This document shows positions 13,081-24,846 of a stretch of DNA of 64,000 nt, piece after piece. Both the position numbers and the translations under genes were made by a program. Origin of the DNA: Chrysemys picta bellii (taxonomy: Eukaryota); assembly GCF_011386835.1 (NCBI RefSeq), contig NC_088791.1, positions 243,412,001 through 243,476,000 on the forward strand, given 5' to 3'. Every line of letters starts with the position of its first letter. The stretch's first letter is position 1. Below the pieces are notes generated by a model. That model worked only from the letters and a program-made list of their open reading frames with translations. It made no database searches and had not been told where the DNA came from.

Positions 13081-13295
13081 GTACCATTTTAGCCACAGGA
13101 TTATTTATACTGTTGTTAATTTTGTGATGCGGTGTGGCAGCTGTGGCAAGCAACCAGGGGTTTGGTCTCTGCTTTATTCTCTTTAACTGGAGTAAATTCT
13201 TGAGGCAGGGTTGCTCCCTGGTAAACTGGGCTTTGGTGTTTAAGCTGAGATCCCTGTGTGCTGTTTGTGACCATCAATGTTCAAGGACAGACTTA

Positions 13296-13580
13296 GGCTA
13301 GGTCTATACTACCCGCCTGAATCGGCGGGTAGAAATCGACCTCTCGGGGATCGATTTATCGCGTCCCGTCGGGACGCGACAATCGATCCCCAAATCGGCG
13401 CTCTTACTCCACCAGCGGAGGTGGTAGTAAGCGCCGCCGACAGAAAGCCGCAGAAGTCGATTTTGCCGCCGTCCTCACAACGGGGTAAGTCGGCTGCAAT
13501 ACGTCGAATTCAGCTACGCTATTCACGTAGCTGAATTTGCGTATCTTAAATCGACTCCCCCCTGTAGTGTAGATGTACCC
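13296..13580. mobile_element. Young CpG-rich Harbinger-type MITE (copy 1)
   Basis: TIRs GGCTAGGTCTATACTA...TAGTGTAGATGTACCC, flanked by TTA and ATA. Internally palindromic. It is a near-identical inverted copy of 24847-25131. Confidence 0.85.
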
Positions 13581-16500
13581 ATAGAGTAAAATAAACAAGT
13601 TGTATTAGAATATACCAAGCTTCTGCATCACTGATTACTCCAATTGGACACTGACCTGCAAGACCCCAACGTCTATCACTCATCAGAGGGGTGACTGCAT
13701 TATGAAACAAAACATTTGGTTCACATTCAATGGTTCTGTTTAAATTGTCACATTCATTTGTTTCTCTCAACCAAACTTTTTAACCATGCCACATTTTTAG
13801 AGGGCACAATGCTTCTCCAATGATATTCATAGCGGTCACCTGGACTGCCTGCTTCTTTAACCACTGTCTGGTGAACAGGACTGTGAATTAATTTCCCTGC
13901 TGTAAGCACACAGTTTGTGTGATAACCTAACCTATGACAATTCCAGCAGCCTAATAAATGGTGCTTCAGTTTTATTTACTGATATTTCACTCAGATATGA
14001 ATGGAATCCAACCAAAGAAATGTTAAATTAGCTCCATCATGCCCTTTTCTGTCAGCAGGAGGTGAATTATGAACAATAAATAACTGCTGAATGAAAGAGA
14101 CTCTCAGAGCAATTTATACTATGGCTCTGTTATTAGAAATGAAGCAATTCCATTTAATCTGTCCTGTCCGGGCTCCTGGAACACTATTAAAGGAAAGTGG
14201 CTCCTTAGGATGTAGGAATACATGCTTATACAAAATGGTCCAGTTTTTAAATAATGATTTAATTTATAAGAAACCTTGCTCTCCTTTCCTTCCAGGATAC
14301 TGGGGGGAGAGAGGGGGAGATGAGAAGGGGGCACTGGCTAGGCAAACAAATATAGTTAAAACATCATGCTATATACAGAAAAAAAACCCAAATAAAATAT
14401 TAAGAAGTGAAAGAGAACCATTTTGTTAGGAAAAGATTGTGTGTGTTGGGGAGGAAGCGATTCTAGAAATAGGCCAAGAGGAAGTCAAAATATTATAGTT
14501 ATTTATTTACTTTAATAAAAATAGTACCATATTGAGAGGACTGGGGCTGATAGGTTTCATGGAGGAGGTGTGTTTAAAGGGAGGAGTTGAAGGATGAGCA
14601 GGGCAGAAGTGTGTGCATCAGGTCAGAAGAGGAGCCACGGCCATAGAGGCCATGCAAGAAGGCATGAAGAAGGGTGTGAAGCGAGTGGACAGAAGGACTC
14701 TGTAGTGAGCTTTCCGGCGCAGCCAGCGTCAGAAATACTGCAGGAATAGCATTTCTCATTATGTTTTGGTAGTTTTGCCCCCTATACTGAATTCACCAAC
14801 AAATAGTTACCTGAACTCAAAAAAGATTCAGACAATTTTAATTTTTGGAAAATAGTCAGGCTTGTGCTTATTTGCTCTGAAATGTTTCACCCATTCCCAC
14901 TGCATTACTACACTGTATGACAAGTGTAGTTGTGGCCCTTCCTGTATGTTATTGTTGGGTGCATGTGATGAAAAAAAACAACAGTGCTGACTTATTGTAA
15001 AGTTCACATTCTGGATTCAGTGTGGAAGAGTCAGTGACATCAATGGGACATTACTATTTCATGGGCCTGAGTTTCATTTATACCACTTTTACACTCCTAT
15101 AACTTCATTGGCTTTGATGGAGTTACTCCAGATTTACACTTGTGTAACTGAGAGCACCAGGCCTTCCATCATCCATCTTCAGTATAAGTTCGTAGACAAT
15201 TAGTAACCTCTGGAGACTGCCGCCTGCCATATTTTGGGATATAATAGATCAGTGCTGTCAGTGTGTTCATAAAAAACATCAGGTCAAATTCTCTTTTCAG
15301 TTATATTCATCCTACCCCCTCTGATTTCAGCAGAGTTGCACTGATTTGATAGATAGGAGAATTTGGCCAGTTAGTCACAAGTTTAAAGGGACATGCTTCT
15401 GATAAAAATCTTGTGCTAAACTCCATTTTGACTTGCACAATAAGTTAGTCAGAAAGTAGATGTGAGTGGTGCATGCTTACCAAAAATGGGTTTTGGCATT
15501 CTGCAGTAGTGCAGAAAGGGTCTGATTTGGGTTTCACCTACACTAATGTAAGTCAGGAGTAACTCCATCATAGTCAATGTAATTACACCAGTGTAAAGCT
15601 CGTTTAAGTGAGAGCCCAAGCAGTCTAAATCCATTTCCACATGAAGTGGGGAGAGATTGTAGCAGGATAAAAGAAGGCACCCACCCCAAAAGAAGACTTG
15701 AAGTCTGTCTATACTTTTAAATTGTGTATGTGTGCATGCATCCACTTATCTTCTGCCAGGCTAAAGATTTTGTTGCTGATTTTTTGGGGTACTCTATTTT
15801 AAAGTTTTCCATCTGGGAATATCCAGTGTGGTCACAGTATTAGGACACCCCTTGTTCACTGCTGCCTTGGAACCTCTTAGAAGGGGTCTCAGCAGAACCA
15901 CACACCCCCGCCCCACACACACACACCCCCCGTGTCAGGCTATATTATCTTTTTCTTCATGGGGCAGGAGGGAGGACAATGTGCATCCCTTGGTCCCCTC
16001 CATGACCTGCCTACCCCTCCTCCAGAACACTCAAATCTCTGCCCCCTCTGGCATAGATTCCAGGCCCAGAGAGTGGCTTAGTGGCATATGGAGCGTGGGC
16101 ATATGGTGCGTGGAGGTGACTGAGCCCCACTTCTCTATGAGACAGGGAGGAGATCCACAGGCACAGGGCCCCCTCCTTGTATGAATCTAAGGGTACAACT
16201 AGCCAAGAATGGGAAAGTTCACATTACAAAAACAAAAAATTGTTTAATTTTTAATCACAAAAATATTTGTATTTAATATTCGATTTTACAAAATTGAAAT
16301 GATGGGATTACCCTTGAATGTTCCTTTACAAAAGCCTGGAATGGTCAACTCTTTCCAAAGAAAAGTAGGAAATGGAAAAAATTTATAGTAGGAGAGTGAG
16401 AACATTTTATGATTAACGATCATTAATGATGATTAACATAAATCAGGAATTCAAATCTGGGTGGCTCCCAAGTGAACCAATTAGAATATTATGTCGCATT

Positions 16501-17261
16501 GACATTCCTTCAGAACTTGAGAAGGGAGGCTCTTCTGGTTTCTAGATTGACAGGAAAACATAATGTAGGTGCATTCTCAATTAAAGGAGAGGTTTCAATA
16601 TTGGATTGAAAAATCCAAATTAGCCTTTGTTCACTGTTGGAGATCTTGAGTCTGTCATCCTTACATTGAGCACCACCTTACTCATGCAGTAAGTCCCATT
16701 AAAATGCTCTAGCCCACTTGTACAAGTAAGGATCAACACTAAGCCTTCTGCAAAGGGATGAATTTTACTCATTAGGAGCAATAAGGAAAATGAGAACTGA
16801 GTCCATCCTGGAATAAATATTTTAAAATAAATAGTGATGGAGGAGAATTGCCATGATGCAGCTAGCCTCCTGGAGATTTTTATTAGATTAAGTATCAGGC
16901 AGGCTGAAAATGTTATGCTTAAAGTCGAGGAAACCCTTCCAGTATAAATGGTAGTAAAGTCTGAAATCCTTGTCAGATTTCAAATTAGATAAAATATAAG
17001 TGTTTGGTAAATTGCAAAATTAAAGTTGTGTAAATTCAGGAATTACTTTGAAGTCTGAAGCTGAGCCAAGGATTTTAGAGGAATTTTATTCCATAACTAG
17101 TTTATTACTCTCAGCTACTAAAAACAAATGTGGAATGTTTGCCCCTTTACATTATGGGACAAATTATCACAATGAGGAACCCAATAAATATTACCAAGAC
17201 ACGAAACTGCAAATGATATGGAAATAATTACCTAAGGAAAAATAAGATGACATTATCAATA

Positions 17262-17810
17262 GATTGCAAAGAAGCAGCCATGTTAGTCTGTATCCACAAA
17301 AAGAACAGGAGTACTTGTGGCAGAATCATAACATTCAAAAACCAGTGGGAGAACACTTCAACCTCTCTAATCACTCAGTGACTGACTTGAAGGTGTCAGT
17401 TATGCAACAAAAAAACTTCAAAAACAGACTCCAAAGAGAGACTGCTGAACTCGAATTAATATGCAAATTAGACACAATTAACTTAGGCCTAAACAAAGGC
17501 TGGGAATGATTGGGTCATTACACTAATTGAATTTTTTTTCCCCCATGTTAAGTTCCCCTCACACCTTCTATGGGTCATCTCGATTATCACTTCAAAGTTT
17601 TTTCTTCTGCTGCTACTGACAGCTCATCTCAATTGATTGGCCTCTTACAATTGGTATGCGTACTTCCACCTTTTCATGTTCTCTGTATGTATAAATATCT
17701 TCTGTCCGTGTGTGCCACTCTATGCATCTGAAGAAGTGAGCTGTAGCCCACGAAAGCTTATGCTGAAATAAATTTGTTAGTCTCTAATGTGCCACAAGTA
17801 CTCCTGTTCT
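17262..17810 (+). mobile_element. Penelope-like retroelement fragment (GIY-YIG endonuclease C-terminus + pLTR) with inverted pLTR end
   Basis: Peptide KPVGEHFNLSNHSVTDLKV...KNRLQRETAELELICKLDTINLGLN fits the Penelope GIY-YIG C-terminus. Perfect 21-bp inverted repeat at 17302-17322 and 17790-17810. The 10-bp direct repeat ATTATCAATA flanks both ends (17252-17261, 17811-17820). Confidence 0.9.
17722..17764 (+). ncRNA. Minimal type I hammerhead ribozyme-like motif in the Penelope pLTR
   Basis: GCAT-CTGAAGA-A-GTGAG-CTGTAG-CCCAC-GAAA-GCTT-ATGC contains the CUGANGA and GAAA catalytic boxes, stem II (4/5 pairs), stem I GCAT/ATGC and a palindromic AAGCTT stem III region. PLE pLTRs are known to carry such motifs. 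Activity is not shown. Confidence 0.65.
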
Positions 17811-17921
17811 ATTATCAATAAACACTATCAGTAGAGTCCTGCCTTCAGTATTATGTTGTAATTTAAGGTGGTGAGTTTTGTATCTGCCAGTATGTTATGT
17901 ACTTTTTGGACCATTCAAAAG

Positions 17922-17929
<8 letters not shown>

Positions 17930-17952
<23 letters not shown>
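17930..17952. repeat. Poly-A tract
   Basis: Run of more than 20 A. Confidence 0.9.
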
Positions 17953-19623
17953 GCTTTGTTACATGACTTCAAGTCCAAAAACATTTTATTATTTTAGTAT
18001 AAAACAATGAAATAAATTGGGTGGGTGAAGAAGTAGTTGGTGTTTATAAAAAGATTATGTACAACCTGTTGGTTAAGTTGACTGCTTGTAGAGTTTGGGA
18101 ATGTATGTGATGGCTTTTTACATTTTTTAGTCTTGTATTCAGAATAAAGATATTTCTTTTCTTGCCATAATCTTGTTCTAATATAAACAATGGTGATAGC
18201 AATGGAGAAAGAGTTTTCAAGATTTACACCCAATGCAAAGAATGTCCCCCATCTTCAAAATTACTGTTCCTTTTTACTGCCATTTTAGTTCTTGTTTTTA
18301 ACTATTAGTATGAAGTTTAATGTCCTTGAAAGTGAGGGGCTAACAACACTGGCTAGAGTCAACCATATAGCATGTTTGGGTGTCATATAGGCTTCTCCAG
18401 AGTACTCTTTTGATATCCTCAATTCTACCCTGACACATCTGTTACTACAATCCTTAGTCTTTGCTGAGGAGAAATGGCCAGTCTTGGCCAGTTGTAAGGG
18501 GGTTTTAGGGATATTAACTAGTGACACAAATAATTACAACCACTGCGCTTAAGATTTAAATCCAGGTCTCCAGAAAAAAGATTAATGCAATAATAATTAA
18601 TAATAGTAATTTACAGTTTTATTTATTAAGTATTCCTCTGCCCGCAGGTATTCAGGGCACTGCACAAAACATTAAAAACAACCAAAGTAAACAAAATTAA
18701 TAAAATGGTAATTGAAGTATCAGTAACTCATTTGGCAGCATTGTATGGGTTTGATTAATCTTTACTATCTTCAAACAACTGCATTATATCTAGTATATAG
18801 TTTTGGGGTGATTATAATTCCACTATTTTATTCTTAAGAGGTTTGTCATTTTCTTCTTGTCTGTTGTATTAAAACCCCCATACAACTGGACAAGACTGGC
18901 CATCTCTGCTCAGCAAAGACTGAGGACCGTAGTAATAGATGTGGTAGGGTAGGATTGAGGATATCAGAGTACTCGCTTTCATGGACATTAAACATGGACT
19001 GGTTTCCTCTCCCCCCGCCCCCAAGCTTAGGGATATTAACTAGTGACTCAAATGATTGCAACCACTGCACAAAACATTAAAAACAATCAAAGTAAACTTC
19101 CCCAGCTGGCCTAAAATGTAGGAAGAGGTGCCAGTTTGAATCACAGTTAGCATAGTGCTATTTTGACTGCTGTTAAAAGAGCCCCAGACCTCCTAGTGGT
19201 CAGTTCAGTATTACTCATGTCCTACCTAGTCAGCTGGCACTTTTCCCAACATTATCTAATTCAAGGACATATGCAAGGTACGTTTCCAACCAGAAAGTCA
19301 CGGTCTATGTTTGTGCTTCATAGATGGTTTGGGACCCATTCATGAGAAAACCTTGAATTTTTGTAGGTAGCACACCCGAACTGTGCTCCTGCTCCTCAGA
19401 GTAATGTATTGTGTGTGAATGTGATATTCATCATCACAGTTTAATCATAACAATAGGGCCAATTGTATGAGCAATATGAAGAAAAAGTGGGATTTTTAAG
19501 GAAATAAGTACACAGGAGCAAAGAAATGTGATTCCTATGTAAAAAATGTTCTGAATACTATAGCCAGATATGTATTGTAGTAAGACTATAGCCTCTGGGC
19601 AGGTTTCATTTGAGTGAACTGCA

Positions 19624-20273
19624 TAGGGTTACCATACGTCTGGATTTTCCCGGACATGTCCATCTTTTTGGGCCTCAAATCCCCGTCCGGGAGGAAATCC
19701 CAAAAAGCCGAACATGTCCGGGAAAATAGGGACATGCGGGGCCGGGGGTGCTGGGCCGGGGGCCGGGGTCGGGGCCGGCGGTGCGGGGCCGGGGGCTGGC
19801 AGTGCGGGGCCGGGGCCGGGGCCGGCGGTGCTGGGCCGGGGCCGGGCCGGGGGCCGGGGCTGGCGGTGCTGGGCCAGGGGCCGGCGGTACTGGGCCGGCG
19901 GCCGGGGGCCAGCGGTCTTGGGCCAGGGCCGGGGCCGGGCCGGCAGTGCTGGGCAGGCCGGGGGTGCTCGGCCGAGGGCTGGCCCGGGGCCGGTACCCCA
20001 GGGCCCGAGCCGAGCCAGGCTGGAGACGCTGGGGCTGGGGCCGGGGCCGGCTGCTGGAGGGAGCCACTCGGTTGGGGGGGGGGTAGACTGGGCCGCACCT
20101 CCTCCCCCCAGCTTACCTGCTTCAGGCTTCCCGCAAATCAAATGTTCGCGGGAAGCAGGGGAGGGGGCGGAGTTGGGGTGGGGACTTTGGGGAAGGGGTG
20201 GAGTTGGGGCGGGGCTGGGGGCAGGGCACCGTGGAGTGTCCTCTGTTTGGACACTCAAAATATGGTAACCCTA
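19624..20273. mobile_element. Young non-autonomous hAT (Blackjack-like TAGGGTTACC ends) with GGGGCC-rich interior
   Basis: Ends TAGGGTTACCATA...TATGGTAACCCTA (13-bp perfect TIR). Exact TSD GAACTGCA at 19616-19623 and 20274-20281. CpGs are retained. Confidence 0.92.
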
Positions 20274-20790
20274 GAACTGCAGCAAAGTCAAGCTGGTGCT
20301 ATCCTGAGCATCATGACTGGGGAAACATTCTGAGTGACGGAAACTATTCTTAAACAACATTTCTAATATATTCAGCCCAAAACCCTGCCTTCCTTCTGTA
20401 TCAGGAAAGGTTGTGCATCATATTGTTGCAACGTATGGAGGATTTAAGAGGATATAGATATAGATATAGTACTGTTAGCAGAAGATTTGGTGTAATAATC
20501 CTTTATAACCATCTAAACTGGTAACCAAGGTTGTGGCCCACCCTAAAGAAATTGTCAGGAAAAGCTGCAGCTAGCTAGCTTTCCCTTGAAAGGACACAGG
20601 TACAGCCCTCTGATCAAGAATAGACAAGCAAGCAGAAAATCTTTAAAAATAAAAATATTTATTTAGAAATGAGTAGTTACAGTAAAAGAATAGAGATAGA
20701 TATAAGTAGAAACAAATACAATAAAGATTATAGTTACAAGAGTGAAGTGGCGTGGCAAATAAAGCAATGCAGTAACAATATAACACTATA

Positions 20791-21770
20791 CTAAACTGCT
20801 CAAGATAGTTAAGACCAAGCAGACTGTGAAGAACTTCAAAAAGATCTCACAAAACTAAGTGATTGGGCAACAAAATGGCAAATGAAATTTAATGTGGATA
20901 AATGTAAAGTATTGCACATTGGGAAAAATAACCCCATCTATACATACAATATGACGGGGGCTAATTTAGCTACAGCTAATCAGGAAAAAGATCTTGGAGT
21001 CATCGTGGATAGTTCTCTGAAGACGTCCATGCAGTGTACAGCGGCAGTCAAAAAAGCAAACAGGATGTTAGGAATCATTAAAAAAGGGATAGAGAATAAG
21101 ATGTAGAATATCTTATTGCCCTTATATAAATCCATGGTATGCCCACATCTTGAATACTGCGTACAGATGTGGTCTCCTCATCTCAAAAAAGGTATACTGG
21201 CATTAGAAAAGTTTCAGAGAAGGGCAACTAAAATGATTAGGGGTTTGGAACGGGTCCCATATGAGGAGAGATTAAAGAGGATAGGACTTTACAGCTTGGA
21301 AAAGAGGAGACTAGGGGGAATATAAAATCATGAGTGATGTGGAGAAAGTGAATAAGGAAAAGTTATTCACAAGTTCCCATAATATAAGAACTAGGGGCCA
21401 CCAAATGAAATTAATGGGCAGCAGGTTTAAAACAAATAAAAGGAAGTTCTTCACACAACGCACAGTCAACTTGTGGAACTCCTTGCCTGAGGAGGTTGTG
21501 AAGGTTAGGACTATAACAGGGTTTAAAAGAGAACTGGATAAATTCATGGAGGTTAAGTCCATTAATGGCTATTAGCCAGGATGGGTAACAAATGGTGTCC
21601 CTAGCCTGTCTGTCTGTCAGAGGGTGATGATGGACGGCAGGAGAGAGATTACTGGATCATTACCAGTTAGGTTCACTCCCTCTGGGGCATGTGGCATTGG
21701 CCATTGTCAGTAGACAGCATACTGGGCTGGATGAACCTTTGGTCTGACCCAGTACGGCCATTCTTATGTT
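20791..21770 (+). mobile_element. CR1 LINE 3' fragment (second subfamily, 3' end ATTCTTATGTT)
   Basis: ORFs MKFNVDKCKVLHIGKNNP..., [24 protein letters not shown]..., RTRGHQMKLMGSRFKTNKRKFF. The 3' UTR ends ggccattcttatgtt. ACTATA is present at both flanks as a possible TSD. Confidence 0.93.
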
Positions 21771-22193
21771 ACTATAATCATTTACTTAATACTCTATGCC
21801 TTAGCAATTAAGCATTCAATACCAAATACTTAAAGCTAAACATCCAATTAGTGCTGGCCAGGCAATTACTAGATGGGCAGGGGATGATCTCACTCCGACC
21901 ACAGACATCCAGCTTTATTTACACTTAAAACTCATGTGCTCTAGGATGTTAAGCAAAAGGAAATTACACTTACAAAAGCTTCTTAAAAATCCCTCTGAGA
22001 CCGTCTCAAAGGTCCTTCTGCTCTGTCTGGTGTTGGGGTGCAATGGAAGGGCGATCTTCGCTGAGCCTGCAGCTGCTGGCGTGAAGTGGCTGCCTGCTAC
22101 TGTTAAGTAAAATGGCTTCTCAGGTGAGAAAGACAGAATCCCGCTTGATAGCTGCTGTGGTGGCCTCCTGCTGGCTGGGTAGCAGAAGGGGCC

Positions 22194-23496
22194 TGTAATG
22201 AAGTTGCCTTTGGTGGGTCACAACTGAGAGTATCAATTCAGGACAAATTGCTTAGAGCAGGGCAGTCACAGCCCAAAAGCCGGGGTTCCTTTATTACTAA
22301 GGCACACCAAACCAGCCAAACACAGAGGACTTCAGTTTTATCCCACTGGCTAACCAGAAGTCATACGAGCAATTCCCTCAGACACTCCAGTTTCCCAGTG
22401 TCACCACCAGGGACACTTCTTATGGAGATGAATGGTTATGAAAACCATACTCCAGTAAAAGAAAAAAGGTTTTCCCGATCCCGAAGGATCAAGCCCCAGA
22501 CCCAGGTCAATATACAAGTCAGATCTTTCCCACAAATCATGCTGTTGCCAATCCTTTAGTATCTAACATCTAAAGGTTTATTCATAAAAAGAAAGAAATA
22601 TAGATGAGAGTTGAAAGTGGTTAAATGGAATCCATTACATACAGTAATGGCAAAGTTCTTGGTTCAGGCTTGTAGCAGTGATAGAATAAATTGCAGGTTC
22701 AAATCAAATCTCTGGAGTACATCCACAGCTTGGATGGATCATTCAGTCCTTTGTTCAGAGCTTCAGTTTGTAGCAAAGTTCCTCCAGAGGTAAGAAGCAG
22801 GATTGAAGACAAGATGGAGGAGCTGCCTTTTATAGTCTCTTGCCATGTGGCCTGTGCTTCCTTTGTTCCAAAAACAAGCTACCCAGCACATGGCTTGGGG
22901 TGCAATGGAAGTGCAATCTTCGCTGAGCCTGCAGCTGCGGGAAGCGGCGTGGGCCGAGGGATGTGCTGGCTGCCGCTTCCCGCCACCCCCATTGGCCTAA
23001 AGCAGCGAACCGTGGCCACTGGGAGCCGTGATCCACCAAACCTGCAGACGTGGCAGGTAAACAAACCGGCCCGGCCCGCCAGGGGCTTTTCCTAAACAAG
23101 CGGCGTCCCAAGTTTGGGAAACACTGGTCTACAGGTATGTCCCTGCATGCCCTGCTGAGTTACAAGGTGTATCTGCCTTCTTTCAATGGGTCAGTTGTAT
23201 AGCTGATGGTCCTTAATGGGCCATCAAGTGGGCTATGCAATGCTGATGCCAAATTGTCTGGGGTGCCACCCAGAAGCATAGCACAAGTTTGAAATACAGA
23301 CAGTATAGAGCCAACACTTTTATAACTTTAAATACAAAAATGATACATGCATACAGATAGCATAATCATAACCAGCAAATCATAATTTTGTCATAGACAC
23401 CTTATTTGTCCTCCTTTGTACAAGATTTGGTGCCACTATAGGATCTTGGTTGCAACAATGGTCTATACAGTCACAGTTCATGTCCATAACGTCACA
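22194..23496. mobile_element. Solo LTR, probably Gypsy-type
   Basis: TGTAATG...GTCACA termini. Flanks GGGCC/TGGCC (5-bp TSD with 1 mismatch). No coding remnants. The family assignment comes from resemblance to turtle LTRs I recall, not from a search. Confidence 0.7.
22939..23126 (-). mobile_element. Half of a hAT-Charlie-like MITE inside the LTR
   Basis: One terminus, TTTGGGAAACACTG (rc CAGTGTTTCCCAAA), followed by GTCTACAG, which resembles the Charlie NTCTAGAN target. The other terminus is absent. Confidence 0.7.
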
Positions 23497-24846
23497 TGGC
23501 CATTGCTCTGGACAACCTCGGAACTGTGGTTGGGCTGCTGCTGCAACAATAGCTGCTTTTCAGGCAGCTCTCGGCTTTGCAGGGTTATGCTGATGCTTCT
23601 CAGGTGGCTTCTTCTGCACAGATGTTTTCTTCCTTGCAGGTGCCTTGTAGCCTCTTCTCTCTTCCAGGTCCCCGATCCCACTACAGGGTTTAGCCTGTTT
23701 GCTGTTGCCCTTATATACAATTTGCTCTCCCAAGCTCAGCCAATCAGCTTCCAACTTTTCCGCCCACTCCATAGACTTCTATGGGGCTTCAGTGTATCTC
23801 TGTGGGACTTTGCTGATACAACACCGTGCCTCTATTGCATCACCTGGAAGTGGCGCAATCCTACCTCCCGACTGCATCATCCCCATACATTCCTATGGGC
23901 TACAGTGTATTCTTATGGGATTTCCCTTAACTGACCTATGAATGACCCTTAGCTACTTCCTGTCTAGAAGCCCCTATGTATTCCTATAGGCTCCAATGTA
24001 GTTCTATGGAGTTTTACTTAATCATTCCCCACAGGAAGTGGAATTACATCACCCTATGGCCGTCATTACTGAATTTCTAATTTAAACTATTACTAATTTC
24101 TTTTTAATTAAGGCTTTATTTTTAAAACTAATGACTAACTCTAAGCATCCCAAAGGGTCCTGACACCATCACCACTCTTTTTATGTCCAGTAAAGCAAGT
24201 TATAATTTTCATGAATTTAAACCCCTTCCCGAGGTTTTTCTGCAAACCTTCAATTCGGGTGCTGCAAGGTAATTTAAACAGTTAAAACAAAAATCTCTAG
24301 CTACAATGCATGGTTGTATTCCAGCTTCAGCTAGTTTCTTTGAAGTTGGCCATTTTTATTTCATCCTTTCTTGGTGGTAAAACAACCAAAGATTTTTGTT
24401 AAAGGTGGTATTTTGTACTTGAAAGCAGAAATGGGCCCGAACTTAAGCATTCAATATGAAAACCCCTTGAACTTCAAGAAAGTCTGGATCCAACCATTAC
24501 AATTCTGGACTAAACTCTATAGCTGTAACAGGCTGTCAGTGTTTGCTTGGAACACACACAGCTGTTAGCAGATGTTGATCCTGCTTGGAAAGTTAAGTGG
24601 ATTCTGCTGACTGACCAAAGCAGATGACTTTGCTGAATGAGAGAAAGCTCCTTACAATCTCCTCCACACAAGGACCAGGTGCAAACCTGGCCTTAAATGT
24701 TCTCCAGTCCCAGCACTTACAGATTCCTGGTATCAGGTGGTCTTTATGACCACCAAAAATGAAAGGCAGGTTTTGCCGGTAACTGCTGTCCTAAATGTCT
24801 ATCAGTTAAAAGACATGGGAAAGCTAGATACAAAGATTATGTCTAA

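Larger units (their letters stand above)
20553..24165 (-). mobile_element. Probable solo LTR (~1.3 kb after removing nested inserts) split by a CR1 and a second LTR
   Basis: Inverted ends TGTCAGGA...TCCTGACA. On the minus strand it has a GC box, CCAAT and TATA (23711-23765) and AATAAA (~20658-20663). No TSD recognised, so the boundaries are tentative. Confidence 0.5.

Noticed and set aside
19586-20333. 170-239-aa Gly/Ala/Pro ORFs on both strands
   Set aside because: These are GGGGCC-type repeats inside a TSD-flanked hAT element.
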